Source: Geosiphon pyriformis uo1
Taxonomy: Eukaryota > Fungi > Glomeromycota
Reading direction: 5' to 3'
NCBI GenBank assembly: GCA_016748015.1
Contig: JAAOMT010000420.1
Location: 1-64,000, forward strand
Length of the DNA stretch: 64,000 nucleotides
The notes under the pieces were generated by a model. That model was not told where the DNA came from, did no database searches, and saw only the letters and a list, made by a program, of their open reading frames with translations. A program made the translations under genes and the position numbers. This document shows positions 52,337 through 64,000 of this stretch, in pieces (the stretch's first letter is position 1; each line of letters opens with the position of its first letter).

Positions 52337-53975
52337 CTAGGCGGATACAGTAGTGTACTGAACACCACGGCCTCTACGCCATATTGATCTGTTAACACAT
52401 GGAATGAGAAAATTTAACCAATGCACGTAATAACAGGAATTACTTGAAAAAAATCGTCATAACCTACCCTGCACCAAATCCTGCACCGAGTAAAACACCA
52501 GATATGACAGCTGCGGTCCATACTGTAACAGTAATATCACCATTATACCTACAGTATATCAAAGTTTTGAATGAGAAGGCACAATAATTCTGTCAGCGTA
52601 TCAACAATAGAAAAAGTTACCATCGGCTATCACCATTGTTTCCCTCATTTCTATTTCGTGAATTTGGCTGATGCCCTTCACTATTTGGCTGAGCGGAAGC
52701 CTTTTTCCTTCTGGTCTCAGATAATGGGGATGGTTCCGTTCCGTCATCGTTCTTGCTTTCCTTTGACGAGGCTACACCCTTTCCATTGCGACTTGATCCA
52801 GTTTCGGTGTCTTGGGTGGATTTTTTTGAAGGTTTTCGTTTTTTTGATTTAGAAGATGAGAGCTGGCCTTCTTTATCACTGTTACGCGATTTGTCTCCTT
52901 TAATTTTCTCGGATTTAGAGTCGTCCCTTTTTGAGGACTTCCCTTGTGCTGAATTTAGGGTGGAAATTGAAGATTTAGGAATAGGTGATTGCTCAAGTTT
53001 CACCTTGCGTTCAACAATATATTGAGGCTTATCATGAGATTGTGGGGTCATTGATTGGAGTTCAAGAGGTGTGTTAATAGGGGGGTGGGTACCATTATTT
53101 GATGACATATTGTGTGTTGTTGGTAGTGGAGTCGTTAAAGTTTCGGCTGAAGATCGAGTAAATTGTGCGTCGGAAAGATGTTTATCATGCTGTCTTTGTT
53201 TGGTTTTTGATTCATCTTTCTGTTGATCCAAATTCATTGCAACTTTTTCTCTTGCTAGAGCTTCATGAACCAAATGATATCGCACTTCACGATTTTTGCG
53301 AAATTTTGGCCTAACATTATCGGCTAGGAGAGCGGTTAGGCTTTTTTTTGTTAATCCTCAGAAAAGTTAGTTCGTATGCTAATGGAAAGCTTAAGGTTAT
53401 TCTTAATTGTACTTTTAGATGGGAGCCTACCTTGCCCTTAATGCTTCTTCTGCTTCAGGATTCCTTGGTATGTTTTTATTTCTTGATGCTTCTTCAAGAC
53501 CTTCGAAAGAGGAATCGAGATTGGCATCTTCATCATTGTCCCCATGATATGCTTCGAAATCTGAATCCGATGCGACTGCAATTGGGGAAACGGTAATCCA
53601 TGAGCCAGCTGAAAGGAATTATGAGCGATTGTGAGAAATATCAAGAATAGTTTTCACGTTGAGATATTGAAAATCTGTTTCATGATCTTCTCCAAGCCTT
53701 TTGAAAAGATGCTTACGATTTCCGGTTCTTGCGTCAATTTTAATGATTATGATTTTTAACATTTCGGGCTATGATATTCGCCAGGTATGGTATATCCCAT
53801 GCTACTATATAAACTTACTTTCTTGGATACCTGTAGGTGTCGAGGTGCCAGTCAAAATTATAGGGTTTTCTAACTCTACAGAGTTTGACTGGTAGTCAAC
53901 GGAAGCTTTATTATCTATTTGAATTACTGGCGCGTAGGAAACGCTGGGTGGATACGCGTATCGTGTGGACATCAT
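52337..53975 (-). CDS. 385-aa tail-anchored protein with LIR/AIM-like motifs (candidate selective-autophagy receptor)
   Basis: Five exons (53975-53819, 53608-53431, 53310-52621, 52548-52468, 52388-52337) join in frame via GT-AG introns. Contains GSWITV and DSSFEGL, and a C-terminal TM VWTAAVISGVLLGAGFGAGSIW followed by RRGR. Confidence 0.75.
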
Positions 53976-56224
53976 GAAAGGCGAACTGAAGTCCGATTTT
54001 ATTAAAAATCAAAAGTTTGAGAGTCAACAAAAGGAAAATTCGAGTGCTTAAATTGAATTGGCATTATTAGGCAAGAATAATTGGATAGGCTCAAAGAAGG
54101 AGGTAGCTGATAATTTGTCTTTTTTTTTAAAAAAAACTATTTCCTGCGTTACCAAACGTTTTTGTGTATTTGTAGCAACTTTTTATTAGAAATAAAGACT
54201 CACACCGCCGACCTCAAAGCTGGAGTATACTTTCAAGCAACAAGACACTTTGGGAGTTTTACCAGGAATTTTTTCAAGAACGGATAAAGAAGAGACACGA
54301 CAACAAAAATAAGAACTCAAAAGCATGAACGAACCTATACTGAAAAGTAGAGAGAATGGTAGGGCTCACAGAGAACTTAAGGGTTTTGATGACTAAATCA
54401 TCCTTCTATCCCATTACTTTATCATCATATGCCGCTTAAATGATCTCATCTTTTTTTGGAAGGTGCTACAAAAGATTTCAAGGTTCAATTTCATGGTATC
54501 TTCGTTTAACATAATAATCAATAAAAAGTCCACTTCCACTCTCAGTTATGGTAAACAAGAATGGTAGAGATTTATTTCTGTGTAGTATACCGAAAAATGA
54601 GATGGCAAAACCGTTTCTAAAGACTGTCTTACAAAGCTTTTACATTTTGACATATGACCCCACGCAGCTAACATCGGGGATCATTTGAAATTTTATGCTG
54701 GAGGCCATCTTCCGTCCAATTGTCATATTTAATCAAGCTGAATGGATTCATTTTTCACTAAGAAAAAGGATTCCTTAGCTCAGGTCGGTTGAAATGTGGT
54801 GAAAAGAGAATTCGCTTAAAATATGACAACTTTAAACAGGTTGAGTAGATGGTAGCAGTAAACGCTTTCGATAATGAAAAGGTCCCTCTTCAAATGGGGA
54901 CGCGAATTAATGTGCATCGGCAAGAAGTTTTATTAATATTTGAAAATCTTAAAATATTTGAGGGAATTACGTTGATGGTTATATATGTCATGAGTTGGAA
55001 CGGGATTTGAAATCAACTCAAGTTGATTTGGGATTTTATTCCAACTTGAGTTAGTTTAGAATCCTCAATTCAATACAACCAATCATATTCTTTATGATAT
55101 TCACCAATAAAAAAATTCCTTTTATCAATCAATAATTGATATTTGACACACTTTTAGTTAATGTTATACTGTATTTTATTAATTATGAAAAGCTTATTTA
55201 AGAAACATTTTTTGAGCTTCTTAAAAAATATTTATTAGCCAAAAATAAAAAAAGATAAGCTAAAACTTTACTTTTTTAAGATTATATAAACTAATATATT
55301 AGAAAACAATAAAAATACAAAGAATTATAATGCTAAATTAAACTATTAAATATAAACCACTTTTTATGTTAACTTAGTTAGAAACTAATATATACTTTAT
55401 TATAAAAAAACAAAAAAACCAGTATATTTAAAAAAAAAGCTATATAAAAAGCTTTGTAAATTTCATTTAAAAATTAGACATGATAAAATAAACAAAACAT
55501 ATAAAGCAATAAGTAAATAATATTAATTTAAAGTTATTTATTTAAATAAAAAATATTAATTTTTAATTTATAAATCAAAAATAAATATGTTTGAGTTTTT
55601 AAAGATTTAATAAAGTAGTTTTATATATATTGTTTTAAGTATATTACAAAATAATTATTGGCTTAATTAATAATTATAAAACCAATTTTAATAAAAAGTT
55701 TTATATATTATTTACAAGTGAACTTAGTTAATATGTACAATTTTTATAAATCTATTTGTTATGTTTGAGATTATTTTACAAAGTTTTTTTGAATTATTGC
55801 TTTTTTTTTAAAAAAAACAAAAAAAGTAGCAAGTTTTTTTTTCAAACTTTTTACTATATTCAAGTTTTTAATTATTTTGTAAACTGATAATAAAAAAGAG
55901 TTTACAACAAATATAATTAGAAAATTAACAAAATTTTGGCCAATTATTCATATTATAAATAGATATTTAAAACATTTTCAATCTTAAAAATTAATTAAAC
56001 AAGCTAATAATATATTTTAGCAAAAGCTTTCAAAATAAATAAAAGATAAAAAAACTAATAATTAATTATATAAATTTTATTAAATAATATATAAAAGCAT
56101 ATTTTTTATATTATTTAATTTATTTAAATAATTACTAATTTATTTTTAAATTTTTTTTTAAACAATTAATTACTTAAGAAAAATTTTTTTTAAAAACTTG
56201 AATATAAAATTATCTTATAAAAAA

Positions 56225-56665
56225 ACACAATCACAAATTCAACAGAAAATAAAAAATAACAATAAACAATAAGTAAATTAATACTAATAATAAGATAATT
56301 AGCAATAGTAATAACAGCAACAAGATAACCAAAAGCAAAATAACCAGTAATAACAAGATAATTAGCAATAATAATAACAAAATGATCAGTAAAAATATTA
56401 GCAAATTGTCCAGAAGCTGTAACAAAATAATCAACAACAACAATAGCCAAATAATCAGCAAAAATATTAGCAAGTTAATTAGAAACTATAACAAAATAAT
56501 TAACAATAATAGTGGCAAGATAATTAACAAAGACATTAACAAGTTAATTAAGAATTATAATAAGATAATTAACAAAAACAAAAACAAAATAACTAGCAAA
56601 GACAATGACAAGATAATTAGCAAAAATAATAGCAAGTTGATTAATAAAAACAGCAGTATTAATAT
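56225..56665. repeat. Degenerate 24-bp (some 21-bp) tandem repeat, consensus about AAGATAATTAGCAAAAATAATAGC
   Basis: Translates as periodic KIISKNNS/KIINKNKN units. Confidence 0.75.
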
Positions 56666-56689
56666 TAAGATGTTTAATAAAATAACCAG

Positions 56690-57288
56690 TGTTACCCAAG
56701 TAGAAAAACTGATCCAAAGTTATGAAGAAACATGACCAAAACGTGACATAATACAGAATAATGCACAATAATATTGGATAACACGTTATAATGTTGGATA
56801 ATGTGTTATAACGCAGGATAACACAGAATAGCATGCAATAATGTAGGATAACGTGTTATAATGCAGGATAACACAGAATAACATGTAATAACGTCAGATA
56901 ACATATTATAACATAGGATAACTAGCAATAATATAGAAAAACGAAGCAATAACAGAAACAACAAAGCAATAGCTAGTGATAGTGAGACAATTGAAAGCAA
57001 TTCTGTAAAACCAAAAGAATGTATAAAAGCAAGTAGTTATAGAAGTGAAAAAAGGCAGAGAAGAAAAAATTAGATAAGAACTTTTAGACCAAAAATTAAA
57101 ATATCCATACTCCTTTATCTTTTATTATCTTCCTTATTTTATCTCCTGAAATAAACCAATTATTAAAAGAAATCAGAATCATGAATTCATGTTCTCAAAT
57201 TTTGTAGAATTTACATAAATTAACTCTTGTCTCATATCTCTATTTTAGAACAGATGCTCTTAGCATAACTGCCTCAAACTTATTAACA
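56690..57288 (+). repeat. Putative 5' LTR of the Gypsy element
   Basis: TGTTA...TAACA inverted termini, internal 10-bp ATAACnnnnn tandem array (about 56745-56920), TATAAAAG at 57022, AATAAA at about 57150. TGG follows within a few bases. The 3' LTR is outside the window. Confidence 0.55.
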
Positions 57289-57343
57289 ATTTGGACCAAT
57301 TACTCTTGATCATGGCGATTGATGATACTAATTTATCTTTTCT

Positions 57344-57399
<56 letters not shown>

Positions 57400-60300
57400 C
57401 TGTCTTATTTTTTTTGTGGAGCAGCAACATAGTAAAATCGACTGTCTGGGAATAGACTTCATGATAGCCTGGTAAAAAAGAGAAGCTCCCCCTAAGTTTT
57501 GGATATTAATATTATCTTGTTAGCTTACTAGAAGGGCGAAAAGACAACGTCAGACCCTAACGACTGCGCTTGTTAGCTTGGAGAAGAAAGCTCACATTTA
57601 TGAAAAACATTGTAATCGACAAAAAACAAACTCTGTGCCTTATAACCAAAGAACTCAATAGGTAAAATTCACATCCAGGAATAGACCTTCAAAGACTGAT
57701 AATCAAGACTAAGCCAACAGAATTACACAAAAGACACATCATCAATAATTGAGAGCACCAAATGTTACCATTTCCCATACTCACCAAGTTTACCTGTAAT
57801 ATTTGATGCTTCCTGTAAGGTTATAAATCCACAGAGACAGAGCATCTCCAAAAATACATAAAAGTGGCAACTATTGGAACAATAGAAAAGAACTATTCCT
57901 CGTACAGAAAAGCACTATTTCAATATTTTCGAAAAGATCTAGGAATACCAGCAGGAATCATTTATGCAGAAAGTGATTTTTGTAACTATATTAACACAAA
58001 AATTGACTGCTTGTTAGGCTACGCAACTAATACAGGAAGACTTGGAGAACAAATCCATCAAAGCCTACTAGGGTACTCAACAGCCACAACTACCCAAGCA
58101 ATCACTAAAACTCTGCACATAATTGATACAAACATTAAATATTACGTGGCACAACAATTCTTTTAAGTACAACAACCAGTGGAATCCGACTCTGAAGAAT
58201 ACAAAAACAAATTCAACAACCCTGTAACTGCCCAAGCCAAGTCCATGGTCAACAAGAAACCAAAAGTCCTCTCCCCAACAACTCCATCATACCATCAAAC
58301 ACCCCAAAGTAGAATTGTATTCAACCCACCTCTGGAAACCCAGTCAGAAACACCACGAACTCCTGGAAATCCACACCCTTGGAATCAACACAGTTGGACC
58401 AAATCACTAGGAGAATACGGATTGCTGTTTGGAAATCTTACCCCAGCAGCCAGTCAAACAGAAGGAAACCTGTCAACTTGGGAACAGCCACCAGCACAAA
58501 ACCTAGTAGAATCAGCATCTCCCCTGACAGAAGAAACAGCTATCTTACAACCTATTGGTTCAAGCAACAAAGGAAAGCAACCAGCATTAGCACCTGGAGA
58601 ACACTCGAATATGCAAACACCAATTTCTTTAAACATAACTAGTAATACCTCACTCATTAACTGGATCATGGCTTACCAGGATATTGCTAAATTAGAAAAA
58701 TTCTCTGGTGAAGAAGATAACGCATATTCTTGGATTGCAGATGCCGAGAAAGCAATTACCACTAATGGTTGGAATGACAATCACACAGTTCAGGCACTGC
58801 CGTTCTTTCTGACCAGAACTGCCAATTTGTGATATCAGAGCCTGGCAGAGAAGTCTACCTTCTTTACCGAGTTTAAACTCACATTTTTGCAATACTTCTG
58901 TGACCCCAATATGTTAATCTGATTGCAGAATCAATTCAGCATAATTAAACAAAAAGATCATGAAGCAGTAACTACTTATCTTGAATGATTCAATCAAATT
59001 CTGTGTCAAATATTAGCTATCAAAAGGGACTACTACACCGCGGCACAAGTTCTTAATCAATTTATTAAAGAATTGTGGAGTAGTATTCTAAGATCTGTAA
59101 GACCTCGCCATCCAACCAGTTTACAAGACGCCGTTACTCTCACTCGCGATTTTGAGTTTGCAGAACAAGAAGCAAACTATACCCAAGCCGTTAATTTAGC
59201 CATTAACGGAACCTCTGACATTGATGCAAAGATAACCCAATTAAGTGAGAAACTAACTCAGAAAATTGAGGGATTCTTAGCTGGAACTACAGAAACTTAC
59301 CAAACACTCCAACGGAGAGAAAATAACAACAACAGCAGATATCCACAGCAACAGAACCATCAGCAACAGCAACAATCTTAGAGATCCGATCCCCACAATT
59401 GCTACTACTGCCAGAAACCTAAACACATCGCCCATGACTGCAAAAGGAAGATCATAGACCAAAATCAAGGAAACCCATACCAGCAATCCAGATATCAGCA
59501 AAACATGGTACCCCAATATTCCATACCTCAGAATCAACTGCCCCTATATGCACAACAAGTCCCGTATACTCAACCACTGCTCTAGTATTATTATTAACCA
59601 CCACCAATGACACAAGCAATCTCTCACTATTAAACTTCTCCTTACAGCCCATCCAGACTTCAAGCTATAGACTATAATCAGGGATGGAAGAATCCCAACA
59701 ACAATCAGATGCAAACTAACAGTGGACTGTCTTGACCAATTCCTCATGGTCCTGCCCAATCTCGACCAACACCAACTGGATACCCGAATTAAGCTTCTTA
59801 TCTCAGTTTTATGGAAGACCAAGGTTTTGATAAAACTACACCTATGAAAGGGGGGGATATAGAACAAATCTCCCAACCTTCCAAGCAAACAAAAAGCAAT
59901 ATCCCACCAGCCACTATTACTGAAGACACCACCCTAGCCGCCATATTTCCTTTTGACATCGATAATTTGAACACACATAGCCTTTTTAGTGGAACAGCCA
60001 TCAATCAGGATAAACCAATAACGGCCCTATACACTGATGCCAGAGTTGGAGAAATAGACATTAAATTAATTCTGGATAGCGGATCAGCTGGTAGTATAAT
60101 CACGAAGCAGCTCATGGACCAACTAAGTTGCCGAGTAGACCATGTTGCTACCGCCCAGATCATTACAGTAGATGGAAACACAAAAACTCTGATAGAAGAA
60201 ATTGACAACTTCTCCTTCGAGATTAATGGAATCCAAATCCCTACCAAAGTACTCATTATAGAAGCTACTCAATATCAAGCTTTAATAGGAAATGACTGGT

Positions 60301-61379
60301 TGTCAAAAGCCAACACTACTCTTGACTGGAACACCCAAGAACATCAACTCATGTTCAACAAACAGCATGCCCAAGTCCCAGCTACATGCAGACACTTTAA
60401 AAACCAATGTACTGAGGAACTCCTTATTGAATTCGAAGACACATCAATGCTACCAACCATCAAGACTTATCAGGTTTCATAGGTAAATGATTATCAAACT
60501 GAACTACCCCCACCACCAACCTGGGAAGAAAAAAGAAAAGGCAGAGCTGAAGAAAAACCCCAATCATTATCACTAGGATACGTAATCTCGGACCAAAGAA
60601 ACTTATTTTACCAACCCCCAAGACTAATATGTGTCAATTGTGGAAAAAAACTATCCACTATGGGTGCATGTATCGGGGACAACGAAAAATGGCCCACCAC
60701 CACCAAATACTATTACAGGCCTTGTTTACTGGAAAAATTTGAACGACCAAAATGACAAGGCAAGTGGGACCACACACTGTGCCTCGCATGTGGCAAAATT
60801 CTGCTAGATGAAGGACTCTGGAATGATGTGCCTGGCAGAGGAGGAACATGCGATGAGGCTTGTCAATACACCATATTAATCAACGATTGGGTATGAAAGA
60901 GAACCCCCATCAAGAACGCTTGAAAATGAGTACTCAACAGACTAGACAGTTATCCACATGATGACCACGAAATCTGGAGAATAGCAAGCACCAAGGCCAA
61001 AGGCACCATGCCCAAAGAAATATGAGAAATTAAGAACAATCCTTGGACGTCTGAATATACTGGACCCGACTACCCCAAGGATAATTTCTTTACAGATGAC
61101 CCAGACACATTTCAGAACCAATATCAGAAATTGGCCCCAACTCACGAGGAACAGGAGCAAAGGTTGGCCGATTTGAATATCAAATTATGCAATCACTGTT
61201 TGATCCCTTGTCACTTCCAGTACTGCAATGAATGTGATCTCATGTTCAATCCACCTCCAAGAATACTGTTTCCAATTACCAAACTACCTGAACTCGAAGA
61301 AGAGGTATTGATTACTAAGGATACCAAAACAGAATAGTATCTCACATATCCCAACCTATCCAAAAAACTAGAGCTAAAA

Positions 61380-61805
61380 TGGTACAGTGACAATGAGGAA
61401 GGAATCTGCCCTGAAAGAGTGCATGACACCGATGCCGGTTTCGACCTACAATACCCCGGACAATCATCCATCATTATAACCCCATATTCCTTTGTAAAAA
61501 TAGATCTTAAGATAGCATTAGAAATTCCTGTTAGTACAATGGTACAAGTTGCCTCTCGATCTAGTCTAGCCAAGAAAAAAATCAACATAAAAGGAGGAAT
61601 CATTGATGCCAGTTACACTGGAAACATCATTGTAATGCTACAGAACAATTCGGACAGACCCTACAAAATAGAATCACAAAAAAAGATTGCCCAAGCTATC
61701 TTCCTACCCTTAGTCAAAATACCCCAATTAACCCTGGTAACAACCCAAGAAAAGTTAGGCTTCACTGCTCAAGGAATCAACGGGTTTGGATCAAGTGGAA
61801 GAGGA
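61380..61805 (+). pseudogene. dUTPase domain within the Gypsy polyprotein
   Basis: All five trimeric dUTPase motifs: AGFDL, RSSLA, GIIDASYTG, KIAQAI and QGINGFGSSG. Confidence 0.92.
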
Positions 61806-63636
61806 AATGTACCAGTTAATTTCACGGAGGAAGACAGTGACCAGGTAGAATTTATCCACACCGACACTGTCATCTCCATTCCCCCATACTGACAATACAT
61901 CTTCAAGGTGAATCGAAAGATCCAAGATCAAGCCCTATTATTTGAAGCCAGTCCTGAAATCTGTTTCTTAGCCGATGTTGCTAATCTATACCTACCGGCC
62001 AAAGCCCATAAACACTTCAAAATCCCCATCCACAACCCAACAGAAGATGTCATTGAAATCCCCAAAGGGACTCTCGTTAGTTTCATATCCGCAGATAGTC
62101 AGAATCCTGAAAAACTCCAGTCTATTCCAGATTTCGCACAATTATTCTTATTCTGTAACATTACCTCACAAGTATGGAATTTGCCAAAAAAAAGTTACTT
62201 GTTTACATCAGAAGAGATCAATAAATTGAATTTAGGAAATTTAAGTACCCTGTAACAAATGCAACTCAAAGTTCTTCTGAATCAGTATGCTAATGTCTTT
62301 GCCAGCAAAAATGAGTTCAGATGTACCAACATTGTGAAGCATCAGATTGATACAGGAGATGCTCGACCAATTAAGCAACGAGCTTACTGCGTACTCCCAT
62401 CTGGCGATAACCTAATTAAGCAAGAAATGCAATGGATGCTTGATAACGGCCTAATCAAAGAATCGTTAAGCCCTTGGTCCTCGCCAGTAGTCTTGGTCAC
62501 CAAGAAAAATGGAAAAATGCAATTCTGCGTAGATTATCGAAAACTAAATAGCATCATGTGAGGAGATAGTTATCCCACTCTCCTCATTCAGAAAATTCTG
62601 GACAATCTAGGGAAAAAGAAATGGTTCTCGTCATTAGATTTAGCAAGTGGTTACTGGCAAGTTGAAATGGCCCCCAAAGACAAAAGAAAAACAGCATTTA
62701 CCACTCGAGACGGAAACTTCGAGTTTAACATAATGCCTTTTGGACTTTGTAATGCTCCTGCCATGTTTCAACGTCTGATGGATGTAGTATACAAAAGAAT
62801 TCTTTGGAAATCAGTAGTAGTCTACCTAGACGACACAAACGTGTTCTCCGAAACATTCGAAGACCATTTGCTCCATCTGCAACAAGTCTTCGAACACCTT
62901 CATAGTGCCAGATTGAAACTCAATCTCGAGAAGTGCTTCTTTGGAAAAACCGAGTTAAAATTCCTAGGACATGTAATCAGCAAGGACGGAGTTAAACCTG
63001 ATTCAGATAAAGTACAAAAAGTTAAGGATTTTCCAGCCCCAATTAACCTCAGAGAATTACGAGAATTTCTAGGATTAGCAGGATATTATTGTCGATTTGT
63101 CAAAGATTTCTCAAACATTGCAAAACCACTCCATCAATTGTTGTCTAAATACGTACCGTACTTGTGGAAGGAAGATTAACAGAAAGTATTCGACTATCTC
63201 AAGCAGCGATTGATTATATTCCCAATCCTGATTTACCCAGATTTCACTAAATAGTTCATTGTCACTACAGACACCTCGAAAAATGCTTTAGAAGCAGTCT
63301 TATTACAGATAGGACTGGACAATAAAGAACACCCAGTTGCCTATGCTAGTCGCAGCACTAGTCCAGCAGAAAAGAATTACAGCACAACAGATCTGGAATG
63401 TTTTGCCATTTATTGGGCTATACAGACTTGGAAACATTACTTCAGTCAACTATTTGATCTATATACTGACCACAAAGGACTTATTTGGTTACTCAACAAT
63501 CCACAACTAGAAGAAAAATATGCGAGATGGAGTACTTATCTGCAAAAATTCCCACTCAAAGTCTATTACAAGGAAGAATCCAAGAATACCAATGCTGACA
63601 GTTTGTCGAAGATGCCACAAATCTAATCCCAGACTC

Positions 63637-64000
63637 ATGGATACACTCACTTATCAACAACTACATCAGTACCTATCGACACTATGTTTCAAGGAGATAT
63701 TATCTCAACAGGAACAGAGTACCATACAAAAACAAGCCCGAAATTATTTTATTCAAGACAACCAACTATATCAATGAGAACACCAAAACCACCCCAACCC
63801 ACAACGACTAATTACGAACAGTGAAAAAGAAACTATACTATATAGCGTGCACTCAGATCTGACTGCAGGACACTTTAACAAAGACACTATCCTTGAAAGA
63901 ACACTAAACTTATACTATTGGCCAATGATGCACAAAGACATTTTCGAATATATGCTCAATTGTGACACATGCCAGCAAAGAGGAGGAGCAAGATTAACAG
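63637..64000 (+). pseudogene. Integrase N-terminal region (HHCC zinc finger), separate +1-frame ORF, partial
   Basis: ATG at 63637 (MDTLTYQQLHQYL) lies 10 nt after the pol TAA at 63624-63626. Contains VHSDLTAGHF..YYWP..CDTCQ and one internal TGA. Confidence 0.85.

Larger units (their letters stand above)
56690..64000 (+). mobile_element. Ty3/Gypsy LTR retrotransposon (inactivated; truncated by window edge): gag-CCHC-PR-Cys-rich insert-dUTPase-RT-RNase H, integrase in another frame
   Basis: Gag LEKFSGEED..WI..GWND, knuckle CYYCQKPKHIAHDC (59400-59441), protease ILDSGS (60075), dUTPase, RT CVDYRKLN/LDLASGYWQV/MPFGLCNAP/YLDD (62823), RNase H PVAYASR..EKNY..YTDH, integrase H..H..YYWP..CDTCQ. Confidence 0.95.

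Noticed and set aside
55160-56220. Ghost transposase in the AT tract
   Set aside because: Texture suggests decayed coding DNA, but no motif could be recovered by eye.
56190-56834. Leu/Ile-rich and Asn/Lys-rich ORFs
   Set aside because: Products of the degenerate 24-bp repeat and the LTR edge, not credible present-day proteins.
56745-56920. Regularly spaced repeats resembling a CRISPR array
   Set aside because: Contiguous 10-bp tandem units with no unique spacers, in a eukaryotic LTR context with no cas genes.
57864-63626. Alternative genetic code or stop readthrough in the Gypsy ORF
   Set aside because: All three stop types occur, at W/Q/R positions, alongside matching missense transitions. 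Host genes use standard stops.

Overview
AT-rich, intron-dense fungal genomic DNA. Gene content, splice signals and repeat families point to Glomeromycota (arbuscular mycorrhizal fungi); the repeats resemble those I recall from Geosiphon, which is unverified. 1-38.6 kb is a compact block of mostly housekeeping genes: ATG27-like, MCCC2, SMU1, BLOS1, Vps39/TGFBRAP1-like, SERINC, cystinosin, syntaxin, SDHAF2, CSN4, F-box/WD40, lipoate ligase, ABCF2, an orphan gene and a Uds1 coiled-coil gene. 39-64 kb is repeat-rich: extremely AT-rich tracts with 5'-truncated LINEs, three more host genes, and a Ty3/Gypsy element running off the right edge. Main observations: (1) RIP-like C>T/G>A hypermutation with broad sequence context that turns transposons into AT deserts, with still-readable 'ghost' copies; (2) a Gypsy element with a Cys-rich insert and a dUTPase between protease and RT, and an integrase in a separate reading frame; (3) two AT-AC (U12-type) introns; (4) two nearby candidate mitophagy receptors, one Atg43/DUF1770-like and one tail-anchored with a BNIP3/NIX-like layout; (5) a synonymously diverged repeat plus a KGTQT motif suggesting multivalent LC8 binding in the Uds1 protein. 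Gene models were spliced by eye and no database searches were run.
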